From the IMG/VR virus record IMGVR_UViG_3300032294_001228, positions 1-64,000 of that record: a stretch of DNA of 64,000 nucleotides; one strand, 5' to 3'. The number at the start of each line of letters is the position of its first letter. Within the stretch, counting starts at the first letter, position 1. The notes below the pieces were generated by a model. It made no database searches, was not told the DNA's origin, and saw only the letters and a program-made list of their open reading frames with translations. This document shows, piece after piece, positions 35,542-45,332 of this stretch. The translations under genes and the position numbers were made by a program. Source of the DNA: a virus.

Positions 35542-38343
35542 ATGTCATCATTGACCAAAGTTAAATTAAACAACATCGACACTAGTGTTACGTTTATTTA
35601 CGATCCACTTGTATTATTAAATTACGGCTCTACATTAGCCAATACTGATATTGGCTTTGTATTCAACCGAGACGGCGGCATATCATCTAACGTGGCTTTA
35701 TATTGGAATGAAACCACAGATAGAGTTACTATTGCATATACATCAGCATCTGGATTACCTAACAGTAATGTAACTATTACTAAAATGGCCAACGTGGCCG
35801 CTGATTGGTATTTTGGCAACCTAGCAGGCGGTACTACAAATACTGTTTGGGTTTCAGCCAACGTATTGCCCACAGCCAACGCATTTTATAATTTTGGTAG
35901 TCCCACACAGCGATGGAACGTGGGATACTTTGCTGCTACAACATTAGATCTAGGTGGTAGTCAAATTTCAGTAGATCCTACCAATGGATTTAAATTCACA
36001 GTTGGCAGTACCGGTACTCCTATATATCTGGCTTCAAATGGTGCTTTATCTGGTACTACATTATCTACATCGGGCACTATCTCAGCAGACGGTGCGATTA
36101 ACACCAAAGCCAATGTCTTAGCCAGCCAAGTATCAGCAGGTTCTATAGTAACTACAGGTGTAGTAAATGCTGGTGGTAATGTACTAGCAAGTACAGGTAT
36201 ATTCAATTTATTAGATGTTAACGGTAACGTTGAAATAGGTAGTGTGGGCACACCTGGTGCTGGCCATAGTATTATTGGCAACATAGTGCAATCGGGTGCA
36301 GGTACAATATTTTTTAATACCCCCGGCAATATCTTAGCACAAACAGCCAACGTAGGTCAAATTGGTGTTGTAAATAACCTGGTAGTTGGACAATCAACCT
36401 TCGTTGGTGAATTGTTTGTTACTACACGTGCAGGTGATGAGGGCGGACAACTTAACCTTGCTCCTGCTGTGACTAATAATACCTTAGTCGGCAATGTTGT
36501 AATTGATGTATTTCAAAATCGTTTGAGAATTTTTGAAAGTGGTGGCACTAATCGAGGTGGATACTTTGATATTTCCAGTCTTGCTACCAGTGCGGGTACA
36601 AATTTTGGCGCCGGCGGTGGCGGTGGTGGCAGCAATTATGGCAATGCTAACGTAGCACAATACTTGCCTACATACACAGGTACCATTGGTGCTAGTTTAA
36701 TCAATTCAACTGGTAACATATTGGCCACTGGTGCTGTATTAAATGCACTAACAGTCAACGGTAATGAATCAGTTACCGGTTTCTTGAATGTAACTGGTAA
36801 CATTATTGCTCTTACTGCTGATGTAGGCGGCATAGAAGCGACTGGTGTAATTTACGCCAACAGTACAATACAGTCAAGTACAATTACCAATGGTGCTTTG
36901 GTAGTTGCAGGAGGGGTAGGAATATCCAGAGATGTACATATTGGTGGAAATCTAACTGTCAATGGTAATGTGTTTGTCAATGGTAACACTGTCACTATTA
37001 ATGCCAATAATTTGACCATCAATGACGGCATGATTTTTCTAGCAGAGGACAACCCTGCTGATACTATAGACCTTGGTTTTATAGGTCATTATACCAGTCC
37101 CACATTACTACACGCTGGATTCGTCCGTGATGCCACTGATGGCGTTTGGAAACTATTCACTAATGTAGCACCAAATCCAACTACTACAGTTGATTTCACT
37201 AATGCTATCTATAGTCCACTATATCTAGGATCTCTAACAGCAGTCGGTAACGTATTGTCTACAGGTCTGAGAGTATTTGGTAATACTAGTATTGGTCTAG
37301 CTGGTGCTGTTAGCGGTCAATTCCATACAGTAGTAGGTAATATCACACAAACATCAAGTGGTGGTGCGGTTTATATCAACACCACAGGTAACGTGTTAGC
37401 AACTGCTGGTGTATTTAATGGTTTAACTGTTAATGGTGGTATCACATCAACTGGATTTATCAACACAAGTGGTAACGTAAGCGGAGCCGTGGTCAATGCA
37501 GGTGTAGTTAACTCAACTGGTAATGTCCTAGCTACCACTGGTAGATTTAACAACGTCACCGTCAATACAGGCAACATCAATGCAGTTGGTGGGTTTTTCG
37601 TAGGTAATGGGTTTTTCCTAACTGGTATAGTATCAGGTGGAGGTGGTGGTGGTGGCTTTGTTTATACTGTTAGTGCTAGCCCTCCTGTAACATCAAATGC
37701 AGGTGACGTATGGTATGATTCTGGTACTGATACTCTTTTCCAACGTATCAACGACGGTACTAACACTGTTTGGGTAGACGTTGCAGGTCTTCCATTAAAT
37801 ATTAACACAGTAGTTCAAGGCACTAGCCTAAGTGTTACAGGTGCTGGTACTGTGTTAGGTAATTTAAGCACAGGAAATGTGATACCAGTAACCAGCAATG
37901 TTTTTTCGTTAGGATCAAGTAGTAATTGGTATAGCAGAATCTGGGGCCAGGCAGTTAATGCTCTTTATGCTGACTTGGCAGAAAAATATTCCGGAGATGC
38001 TGACTATGATTCAGGTACCGTGGTTATTTTTGGTGGCATCGCAGAAGTCACAAAATCAGTTAATTCTCATGATCCAGCTATAGCTGGTGTTGTTTCTACT
38101 AATCCAGCTTATCTAATGAATTCTAATCAAGAAGGGATAAGCGTGGCACTGACCGGAAGAGTGCCCTGCTGGGTCAAAGGTCCAATAAATAAAGGTGATC
38201 GTGTAGTTTCTAGTGACATTCCTGGTGTAGGTGAAAAATTAAATCTTGACAAATATCAACCAGGCTGTATTATAGGTAAAAGTTTAGAATCATTGAATAA
38301 TGATGAAATTAAAAAAATTGAAGTTGTTGTAGGAAGAATATAA
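35542..38343 (+). CDS. Long virion fibre protein, paralog of 34031 ORF
   Basis: Shared H.GFVRDATDG.WKLF.NV...PTTTVDFTNA module and YADLAEKY C-terminal domain; poly-Gly hinges. Confidence 0.78.
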   Translation: MSSLTKVKLNNIDTSVTFIYDPLVLLNYGSTLANTDIGFVFNRDGGISSNVALYWNETTDRVTIAYTSASGLPNSNVTITKMANVAADWYFGNLAGGTTNTVWVSANVLPTANAFYNFGSPTQRWNVGYFAATTLDLGGSQISVDPTNGFKFTVGSTGTPIYLASNGALSGTTLSTSGTISADGAINTKANVLASQVSAGSIVTTGVVNAGGNVLASTGIFNLLDVNGNVEIGSVGTPGAGHSIIGNIVQSGAGTIFFNTPGNILAQTANVGQIGVVNNLVVGQSTFVGELFVTTRAGDEGGQLNLAPAVTNNTLVGNVVIDVFQNRLRIFESGGTNRGGYFDISSLATSAGTNFGAGGGGGGSNYGNANVAQYLPTYTGTIGASLINSTGNILATGAVLNALTVNGNESVTGFLNVTGNIIALTADVGGIEATGVIYANSTIQSSTITNGALVVAGGVGISRDVHIGGNLTVNGNVFVNGNTVTINANNLTINDGMIFLAEDNPADTIDLGFIGHYTSPTLLHAGFVRDATDGVWKLFTNVAPNPTTTVDFTNAIYSPLYLGSLTAVGNVLSTGLRVFGNTSIGLAGAVSGQFHTVVGNITQTSSGGAVYINTTGNVLATAGVFNGLTVNGGITSTGFINTSGNVSGAVVNAGVVNSTGNVLATTGRFNNVTVNTGNINAVGGFFVGNGFFLTGIVSGGGGGGGFVYTVSASPPVTSNAGDVWYDSGTDTLFQRINDGTNTVWVDVAGLPLNINTVVQGTSLSVTGAGTVLGNLSTGNVIPVTSNVFSLGSSSNWYSRIWGQAVNALYADLAEKYSGDADYDSGTVVIFGGIAEVTKSVNSHDPAIAGVVSTNPAYLMNSNQEGISVALTGRVPCWVKGPINKGDRVVSSDIPGVGEKLNLDKYQPGCIIGKSLESLNNDEIKKIEVVVGRI

Positions 38344-38346
38344 TAT

Positions 38347-39078
38347 ATGGCATTTCCAAGTGGTCCTAGTAATGGGCAAGTCGCTACTGTAGGTGGTATA
38401 ACCTATATTTACAACAGTACCAAAGGTGCTTGGGTAAGAACTACTAGTAGCGGCACCAATCTTACCGCTAATAGTATTAACATTGGTTCAGGTGCTACGA
38501 GTACAACAACCACAACAGGTGCAGTGATAGTTACTGGTGGTGTAGGAGTTGGCGGTAACATAAATGCCGGTGGTACTGTCACAGCTGCTACACTAGTGGG
38601 TAATTTTACAGGCAGTATTTCATCAAGTCAGGTTACTACTGCATTAGGATATACTCCTCTTAGTGCTGTTCCAAATGCTAGTACACAAGTATCAAGTCTG
38701 GGTGTAGGTACAGCCGCAAGTGGAACCACAGGTGAGATACGTGCCACTAATAATATCACAGCCTACTTTGCATCTGATGCTAGATTTAAAGAAAACATAC
38801 AAGAAGTAGACAATGCATTAGATAAGGTATGCGCCATTGGATCTAAAACCTTTGATTGGTCTGAGGAATACATAAAGGCACACGGTGGCACTGACGGCTA
38901 CTTTGTACAAAAATCGGACTTTGGGGTCGTGGCGCAAGATGTGCAAGCAGTGTTTCCACAGGCAGTAAGAGTTAGGGTAGATGGCACTCTGGCTGTAGAT
39001 TATGAAAAATTAGCCACACTTGCTTTTGGAGCGATTAAAGAATTAGTAAAACGTATTGAACTATTGGAATCAAAATAA
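38347..39078 (+). CDS. Tail fibre protein with peptidase S74 chaperone domain
   Basis: FPSGPSNGQ N-terminus; ITAYFASDARFKENI...G..FDW...GVVAQDV...VDYEKL...AIKEL. Confidence 0.85.
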   Translation: MAFPSGPSNGQVATVGGITYIYNSTKGAWVRTTSSGTNLTANSINIGSGATSTTTTTGAVIVTGGVGVGGNINAGGTVTAATLVGNFTGSISSSQVTTALGYTPLSAVPNASTQVSSLGVGTAASGTTGEIRATNNITAYFASDARFKENIQEVDNALDKVCAIGSKTFDWSEEYIKAHGGTDGYFVQKSDFGVVAQDVQAVFPQAVRVRVDGTLAVDYEKLATLAFGAIKELVKRIELLESK

Positions 39079-40121
39079 TGGCAACAGAGACCAGTGGAGA
39101 AATTGGCATAGTCAATGCAACTGCTAGTCGAAATCTCAGTGTTCAGATTGGCATAGCTAATGGTACTCAAATTGATTTAAACAATGCTGACCTTCGAACC
39201 TTAGCTGGAATACCAACTTTGGGCGCGGTTATAAGTTTTAGTTCATTCTACAGCAAACCGGCAGTTGGACAAAATGAATATACAACTCCAGGTACATATT
39301 CCTGGGTAGCCCCTGTTGGTGTAACCGCAGTGTCTGTTGTTTGCGTTGGTGGCGGTGGTGGCCCTAACGCCAACTCTAGCGGTGCATCGGCTGGTGGCGG
39401 AGGTGGCCTTGGTTGGAGGAATAATATTGCAGTAACCCCTAAAGTGGGATATACCGTAACAGTTGGCAGTGGTGGTACAAGAGCAACATCGGGCACAGCT
39501 GGAGCAGGTGGTGATAGTTTTTTCATAAACACTTCAACAGTCAGAGGCGGTGGCGGAGGTGGTGGTACATCAGCCAGCAATACTGGCGGAGCTGGTGGAA
39601 CGTTTACTGGTGACGGTGGTGGTAATGGTGGTAATGGTGGCGGTCGAAATGGGTCGACTGCACAAGCTGGTGGCGGTGGCGGTGCAGGTGGTTACGCTGG
39701 TGCAGGTGGTAATGGTAGTGACGGTACAAATAATGGTACCGGCAGTGCGGGTTCAGGTGGCGGTGGCGGTGGTGGAGGTGGTTGCGGTACATCAGACACT
39801 GGTGGTTCAGGTGGTGGTGTTGGACTGTTAGGTCAAGGTAGTAACGGTGCAAAAGGGGCATCAACTACCGCAGATGGTCGCGGAGGATTCGGTGGGTCAG
39901 GTGGTAGCAATGCCAGCCTGGCCAGTACTTCTACCACAGCAGAGAACATATACGGCACTGGATCTCCATCAACCCCGGGAGCTTTTGGCGGCGGAGGTTC
40001 AGGATCTGATAACCCCGGTACAGCTGAACAATCCAACGGAGCCGGCGGTGCTGTGAGAATTATTTGGGGTAATGCAACCACTAGCAGATCTTTCCCTTCA
40101 ACTAATACAGGAAATTTATAA
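39078..40121 (+). CDS. Glycine-rich tail-fibre/virion protein
   Basis: YTTPGTYSW..P.GV...VVCVGGGG...GAVRIIWG...FP; extensive GGxGG repeats. Confidence 0.75.
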   Translation: MATETSGEIGIVNATASRNLSVQIGIANGTQIDLNNADLRTLAGIPTLGAVISFSSFYSKPAVGQNEYTTPGTYSWVAPVGVTAVSVVCVGGGGGPNANSSGASAGGGGGLGWRNNIAVTPKVGYTVTVGSGGTRATSGTAGAGGDSFFINTSTVRGGGGGGGTSASNTGGAGGTFTGDGGGNGGNGGGRNGSTAQAGGGGGAGGYAGAGGNGSDGTNNGTGSAGSGGGGGGGGGCGTSDTGGSGGGVGLLGQGSNGAKGASTTADGRGGFGGSGGSNASLASTSTTAENIYGTGSPSTPGAFGGGGSGSDNPGTAEQSNGAGGAVRIIWGNATTSRSFPSTNTGNL

Positions 40122-40381
40122 TGGAAAATTTATGGATTGAAATTGTTAACGGTCAACCGGTTAATCATCCCTATTTAGAGTCAAATTTACTTGCGGGATA
40201 TCCTGAGTGGAATGGTGTTATTCCTACAGATCGATTCGCTCCATTTGTTCGAATCGAACCACCAGCAGATAAAATTGTGACTCGAGTAGAATATCAATTA
40301 GTCAACGGTGTTTGGACTGATGTATTTGAGTGTATCGATATACCAACTGTAGACTCGGAATCTAATTCGGATGATGTTTAA
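40121..40381 (+). CDS. Small protein, probable fibre assembly/chaperone
   Basis: Coupled to the Gly-rich gene; NGQPVNHP...NL motif. Confidence 0.55.
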   Translation: MENLWIEIVNGQPVNHPYLESNLLAGYPEWNGVIPTDRFAPFVRIEPPADKIVTRVEYQLVNGVWTDVFECIDIPTVDSESNSDDV

Positions 40382-40409
40382 TTTTAAACATTAATCTTGC
40401 AAATTTTGC

Positions 40410-40438
40410 TTGACAAGTTAACCAAATGGCTGTATAAT
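40410..40438 (+). promoter_or_regulatory. sigma70-type early promoter
   Basis: TTGACA-N17-TATAAT with AACCAAA. Confidence 0.88.
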
Positions 40439-40469
40439 ACGCTTATAAACTAATAAGAAAGGCGTATTT

Positions 40470-40844
40470 TTGGAACAAGTTACAGTTAGAACACGCTTGT
40501 ATCAACCCAGTTATCACCGCGCAGATGCATACTGCGAACACGAAATTACAGGTGAAATCCTTAATACAATCAAATGGTTACAACCTGATGAAATAGCCAT
40601 CTCTAACCCCCAACACCCAAACGGATTCAGCATCTTACATAAGAAAAACATTTTATGGATCAAAGACTTACAAGGCCGTAAATCCACAGTTAAAATTGAC
40701 TCGGACTATAAGCAGTGGACTGTCCGAGGATCAAAAGGTAATGAATATCTTGTGATTCGCCAAAAAGGTCAGTATAATTGCTCGTGTCCAGGTTTCACAT
40801 ATCGTAAATCATGTCGTCATATCACAGAGGTAACCAATGAATAG
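40470..40844 (+). CDS. SWIM zinc-finger protein
   Basis: V.GSKGNEY.V...CSCPGF.YRK.CRH. Confidence 0.8.
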   Translation: MEQVTVRTRLYQPSYHRADAYCEHEITGEILNTIKWLQPDEIAISNPQHPNGFSILHKKNILWIKDLQGRKSTVKIDSDYKQWTVRGSKGNEYLVIRQKGQYNCSCPGFTYRKSCRHITEVTNE

Positions 40845-42156
40845 TCCATGGCAGGTAATTAGTGCCTTAGAAACACACAATCTCCGCACAGACAAAGAAC
40901 AGATAATTCAAGCACAAGTTCTAGCAAAAAATTCAGAATTTTTTGAAGGATGTTGCCTTGCTTTAGATAGTATGGTTACATTTGGGGTCAAAGCTGTTTC
41001 AGAATCAACTGTAGATGGTACAGGTCTTAGCTGGATAGGATTTAAACAGCTAGCAGATGCACTTGCAAGCCGTCAACTTACAGGTAATGATGCGCAAACT
41101 GCTATCGCCCATGCACGTATGCGAGCAACTAAAGAGCAATGGAACTTGTGGTATCGCCGTATTTTAATTAAAGATCTACGCTGTGGGGTAAGCGAAAAAA
41201 CCATCAACAAAGTAGCGGAGAAAAATAATGCTAAAGATTACGCTATTCCTGTTTTTACTTGCCAACTTGCTCACGATAGTGCAAATCATGAATCCAAAGT
41301 CGCAGGCGAAAAACTTATCGAAATCAAGCTCGACGGAGTGCGTGTTATTGCTATTGTTTACCCAAATGGGGCTGTTAGTCTTTTTAGCCGTAATGGTAAA
41401 CAATTGGACAACTTTCCATTAGTTGAGCGACAATTAAGTCGACATGCTCATATGTTTGCTGAACCTGTGGTACTGGATGGCGAGATTATGTCGGCAAGTT
41501 TTCAAGATCTAATGAAACAAGTACATCGAAAAAGTAACTTGCAAAGTACAGACGCTGTACTAAACTTGTTTGATATAATCACCCTGGCAGAATTTCAATC
41601 TGGGCGAGGACAACATCGACAAATTGATCGTAGTGTCACTTTGGCAGCTTGGTACAATGAAGTTAGTGCTCATATGCCTAATGTAACCATAGTAGGACAA
41701 GAACTAATTGATCTAGGTAATGTCGCAGGACAAGCACGGTTTAAACAAATTAATCAAGAGGCCATTGATGGCGGGTACGAAGGCATCATGATTAAAGATC
41801 CTAGCGCAGTATATGAGTGTAAGCGTAGTGTGGCATGGCTTAAACTCAAACCATTTATTGAAGTCAGCCTTAAGGTAGTAGCAGTAGAAGAAGGTACAGG
41901 ACGTAATGTGGGTAAACTAGGCGCACTTATTTGTGAAGGAGTAGATGATGGAAAATTTATTAAGGTCAATGTCGGTAGTGGCTTTACTGATAGTGATCGC
42001 GACGCTTATTGGCAAAGTCGCCAAGATATCATCGGACACACGGTTGAAGTCCGAGCAGACGCGGCAACTCAAAGCCAGGATTCGGAGGGGACGTGGAGTT
42101 TAAGATTCCCAAGATTCTTACGTTTCCGTGGATTCGACGCAGGCGAGAAGCTATGA
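40837..42156 (+). CDS. ATP-dependent DNA ligase
   Basis: KLDGVR (adenylated Lys), SRNG, LDGE, EGIMIK, WLKLK, VGSGF, LRFPRF. Confidence 0.95.
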   Translation: MNSPWQVISALETHNLRTDKEQIIQAQVLAKNSEFFEGCCLALDSMVTFGVKAVSESTVDGTGLSWIGFKQLADALASRQLTGNDAQTAIAHARMRATKEQWNLWYRRILIKDLRCGVSEKTINKVAEKNNAKDYAIPVFTCQLAHDSANHESKVAGEKLIEIKLDGVRVIAIVYPNGAVSLFSRNGKQLDNFPLVERQLSRHAHMFAEPVVLDGEIMSASFQDLMKQVHRKSNLQSTDAVLNLFDIITLAEFQSGRGQHRQIDRSVTLAAWYNEVSAHMPNVTIVGQELIDLGNVAGQARFKQINQEAIDGGYEGIMIKDPSAVYECKRSVAWLKLKPFIEVSLKVVAVEEGTGRNVGKLGALICEGVDDGKFIKVNVGSGFTDSDRDAYWQSRQDIIGHTVEVRADAATQSQDSEGTWSLRFPRFLRFRGFDAGEKL

Positions 42157-42419
42157 TCGAAGAATTAAAACAACTGTCGACCAAAGAAGTCATGACCATG
42201 ATAGAAGGTAGCATTAAAGCCATAGTTGACAATCCTGATTATTTTTATAATAGTAATGTTGGTCCACAATATAGCAAACTAACACCCAAGGGTTGTGACA
42301 TGGTATTAAAGTCAATGACTGCCCTACTACCTTTGCTGGCACAGGCCAAGGAACGTGACTTAGATGCTCGTGCGAAATCAATAACTTGGAATTCATTAAA
42401 GGAGGAAGACATACAGTGA
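42153..42419 (+). CDS. Hypothetical protein
   Basis: ATGA overlap with the ligase stop. Confidence 0.65.
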   Translation: MIEELKQLSTKEVMTMIEGSIKAIVDNPDYFYNSNVGPQYSKLTPKGCDMVLKSMTALLPLLAQAKERDLDARAKSITWNSLKEEDIQ

Positions 42420-42709
42420 CAGACAGGCAAACATCATGGATGTTATTTGGCTTTGCTATGATAGTTAGTTTTATATTCCTATCAGTGCTGATTAAAGTAA
42501 ATTATGATTTGGATCAAGCTCGACGTGCCAATGACAGCCTACAACATCAAATTGATCAGCTGAAAAAAGCGGACGATGAGCAACGCCAAAAGATCGCTGA
42601 GTTAACCAAATCCACCCAAACTATCGCACGTGATATCGATGTTACCCAAGACTTACAACGTAAACAAGCCCAAATCATGGTAGATTTGAAAAAGGGTCGT
42701 AAGAAATAA
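42416..42709 (+). CDS. Single-TM coiled-coil protein
   Basis: GTGA overlap, GGAGG RBS, TM then heptads. Confidence 0.65.
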   Translation: MTDRQTSWMLFGFAMIVSFIFLSVLIKVNYDLDQARRANDSLQHQIDQLKKADDEQRQKIAELTKSTQTIARDIDVTQDLQRKQAQIMVDLKKGRKK

Positions 42710-42843
42710 TTTTGGTTAAATTCCAGGTTGCACAATTTTTAAACAGAGTGTATTATTACTATAACGCTGATGGGTTGTCAGCTTTTTATGAAAGGGCAGA
42801 AATGTCTATTTTAAGTTTATTTTCAAAAACGGAGAAACTAGTA

Positions 42844-43104
42844 ATGGCAAAACGTAAATCAACAAACTTAGTTAAGGTTAAAAACCAAGTATCATTCTTA
42901 GAAAGATATCTTCGTGGTACAAACAGAACATTGTCTGTAGCACAAGCTCAAGCTAACTATGGTATCGCTAAATTAACAGCTCGTATCTCAGAAATGCGTG
43001 CGGCTGGTTTAAATGTAAAAACTATCACTAATTCAAGTGGTAACACAGCATATAAAATCTCTGCTCGTGACTTTACAGGTTCACGTGCTAAGATGTTCAA
43101 CTAA
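42844..43104 (+). CDS. Small basic winged-helix-like DNA-binding protein
   Basis: L..YL...LS..QA...YGI..L.ARISE.R..G..V...Y pattern; GGAG RBS; terminator follows. Confidence 0.65.
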   Translation: MAKRKSTNLVKVKNQVSFLERYLRGTNRTLSVAQAQANYGIAKLTARISEMRAAGLNVKTITNSSGNTAYKISARDFTGSRAKMFN

Positions 43105-43126
43105 TAGCTTAGGCTGCGCCAGGCAC

Positions 43127-43158
43127 AAAAAAGCCCCTTAATTGGGGCTTTTTTATTT
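43127..43158 (+). terminator. Rho-independent terminator
   Basis: aaaaaagcccc-ttaatt-ggggcttttttattt. Confidence 0.85.
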
Positions 43159-43162
43159 CAAG

Positions 43163-43191
43163 TTGACAATCCTGGCTATTTGTAGTATAAT
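43163..43191 (+). promoter_or_regulatory. sigma70-type promoter
   Basis: TTGACA-N17-TATAAT. Confidence 0.85.
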
Positions 43192-43216
43192 ATACGGTCC
43201 TATTAGGAGTAAAAAC

Positions 43217-43801
43217 ATGATACATCGTTTTCGTTGGTACTTGATAATAAGTTTTATTACCACAGTCAGTTATTTACAATATGATAACATAAATTATAAT
43301 CGTCCGCATCAAGAATTATTAGATAATTTTAATTTGATTACGCCAACGATAGCGAAATCTAATAAGGATTTTTTAGAATTAGATAGAAAACCAATTTTAT
43401 ATAACAGCCGAGATCTTAGGTGCCTAGCACAGAACATATTTTTTGAAGCCGGAACAGAAAGTATGTTGGGCAAGATCGCAGTTGGGCAGGTCACTGTTAA
43501 TAGGGTTAAAATTGGACATTGGGGTGAAACAGTTTGTGAAGTAGTAAATTCCAAAGGTCAATTTAGTTGGACTGATAGAGATGATTTATCTATTGACAAG
43601 GACAGTAAAAATTATAAGGACAGCGTATGGGCAGCCAAAAAAGTGTTACAAGAACGCAAGCGCCTGCGTATTTTAAGATCCGCACTGTTTTATCATGCTG
43701 ATTATGTCCAACCAAAATGGGCAGATAAAACTCAAAAAATTACTAAAATCGACAAACATATATTTTATAATGGAGCCAAAGGTAGTTCACTAAGTCTATG
43801 A
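43217..43801 (+). CDS. Cell wall hydrolase (SleB/Hydrolase_2)
   Basis: CLAQNIFFEA..E...G..AV..V.VNRV...C.VV....QFSW...FYHA.YV.P.W...I..HIFY. Confidence 0.9.
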   Translation: MIHRFRWYLIISFITTVSYLQYDNINYNRPHQELLDNFNLITPTIAKSNKDFLELDRKPILYNSRDLRCLAQNIFFEAGTESMLGKIAVGQVTVNRVKIGHWGETVCEVVNSKGQFSWTDRDDLSIDKDSKNYKDSVWAAKKVLQERKRLRILRSALFYHADYVQPKWADKTQKITKIDKHIFYNGAKGSSLSL

Positions 43802-44235
43802 AAACCAAACTATATTTTGCTTATGGTATGAACACTAACCGTGATGAAATGGCCTACCGTTGCCCAACCGCAGTTCCCATGGGTAAGGCCATATTGCCGG
43901 GATATCGTTTTGAGTTTAAGAGTTTTGCCACTATCGTTCCAGACACAGACAGCAGTGTAGAAGGAGTGCTTTGGACCATCACTGATCGTGATGAGCAGGC
44001 TCTAGACGTATTGGAAGGCTATCCAGAATTTTATGACAAACGACATGTCACAATCCAACAAGGTATTGACTATATCGCCATGACCTATATCATGAATCCA
44101 AGAGAAAAGGGATTTGGTCCAAGTGATGGCTATTATAGCATGGTATCAGAAGGATATCAACAATTTGGATTGAGCCAACAGCAGTTATTAGAAGCACGAT
44201 CACGTTCAAACAAGGAGATTTGGATCTATGAATAA
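43798..44235 (+). CDS. Gamma-glutamylcyclotransferase (AIG2-like)
   Basis: YFAYG.N...M..RCP...VEGVLW...LD..EG.P..Y. Confidence 0.88.
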   Translation: MKTKLYFAYGMNTNRDEMAYRCPTAVPMGKAILPGYRFEFKSFATIVPDTDSSVEGVLWTITDRDEQALDVLEGYPEFYDKRHVTIQQGIDYIAMTYIMNPREKGFGPSDGYYSMVSEGYQQFGLSQQQLLEARSRSNKEIWIYE

Positions 44236-44443
44236 GTTGATATTAATTTTAGCATTGATCACAGTTGGATGCGCCAATAACCAAATCGTCGAACAGTCCA
44301 GAAGAGAAGCCGCCTATCGTAGGATATTAGACGACACTCAATATACTACAGTACCAACAGCTGGTCCTGGACCATTGGAAATGCCACAAGAGTGGATGGA
44401 CCAATGGCGAGATAAACCAATTGACAAAAACCAAAATAGATAG
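44228..44443 (+). CDS. Small lipoprotein
   Basis: Lipobox TVGC after hydrophobic signal. Confidence 0.65.
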   Translation: MNKLILILALITVGCANNQIVEQSRREAAYRRILDDTQYTTVPTAGPGPLEMPQEWMDQWRDKPIDKNQNR

Positions 44444-44449
44444 TATAAT
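44421..44449 (+). promoter_or_regulatory. sigma70-type promoter
   Basis: TTGACA-N17-TATAAT with AACCAAA boxes. Confidence 0.85.
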
Positions 44450-44496
44450 GTTTTTAACGTGATAAATTCATCACATAACTTGAAAGGAGTTCATTC

Positions 44497-45201
44497 GTGA
44501 ACATTAAGAAAATCAGCCTTGCAGTTGCTGGTGCGCTATTAGTAGTTGGTTGTGCTGGTAATAACGGCATTGTAAAAAACGCAGATCTTAAACCTGATAC
44601 TGACAGTATCCGTCCGAAACCAGTGAGCACTGTGTTCCACAGACCTCAAGGCACTATGACTATTACTTTTGATAGTAAAGGTGAGTTCTTGGAAATCACT
44701 TCAAAAGGCACTGCTCCTATCGCAGGTAACAATGCTTTCTCAATTGAACAAGCGGCACAGGTTGCCCAACTACGTGCTAAACGTAATATTGCTGAATTTA
44801 TTTCAACACAATTACAAACCACACGTTCAGTTAAAGTGTTATCTACAGCAGTTCAGAAGAGTTTGGAAAATACTACCAACGGTATGAGTGAAGAAGTTAA
44901 GATTGATGACAAAGACTTTGATGCCAACGGTAATCCAGTGATCATTAACGCTTACAATGATGGTAGCAAAGATACAGCACCTGCTCCAGTGGTTGAAGGT
45001 AATCCAAATACCAACAGTGAAAAGATTGCTGAGATCGTCCGTGAGAACATCACAACATCAAGTTCTGCATTAATTCGTGGTGCTGTGATCACTGATGAGA
45101 AGATCGACCAGGCTGGTAGAACTATCGTCGTAGAGATCAAGACTGGTACTAACACGGTTAAAGCCGCAAACGAACTTCGTAAACTAATGGGATCTAACTA
45201 A
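44497..45201 (+). CDS. Lipoprotein (LPP20-like)
   Basis: Lipobox VVGC; G.A......A...A.LRAK..IAEFI...IRGA pattern. Confidence 0.65.
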   Translation: MNIKKISLAVAGALLVVGCAGNNGIVKNADLKPDTDSIRPKPVSTVFHRPQGTMTITFDSKGEFLEITSKGTAPIAGNNAFSIEQAAQVAQLRAKRNIAEFISTQLQTTRSVKVLSTAVQKSLENTTNGMSEEVKIDDKDFDANGNPVIINAYNDGSKDTAPAPVVEGNPNTNSEKIAEIVRENITTSSSALIRGAVITDEKIDQAGRTIVVEIKTGTNTVKAANELRKLMGSN

Positions 45202-45332
45202 GATGAAAACATTCATTGGTGGATTCATCGTAGGTGTCATTGTAGCCACAGTGGGATTTGGCGGTGTTGCCCGTATATTAGATCGCGGTGTAGAAACAGT
45301 TAAGTCACACAGCCAAGAACTAGCACAGTAAT

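Noticed and set aside
39248-40081. Several overlapping Pro-, His- or Val-rich ORFs
   Set aside because: Alternative-frame artefacts of GGT/GGC glycine repeats.
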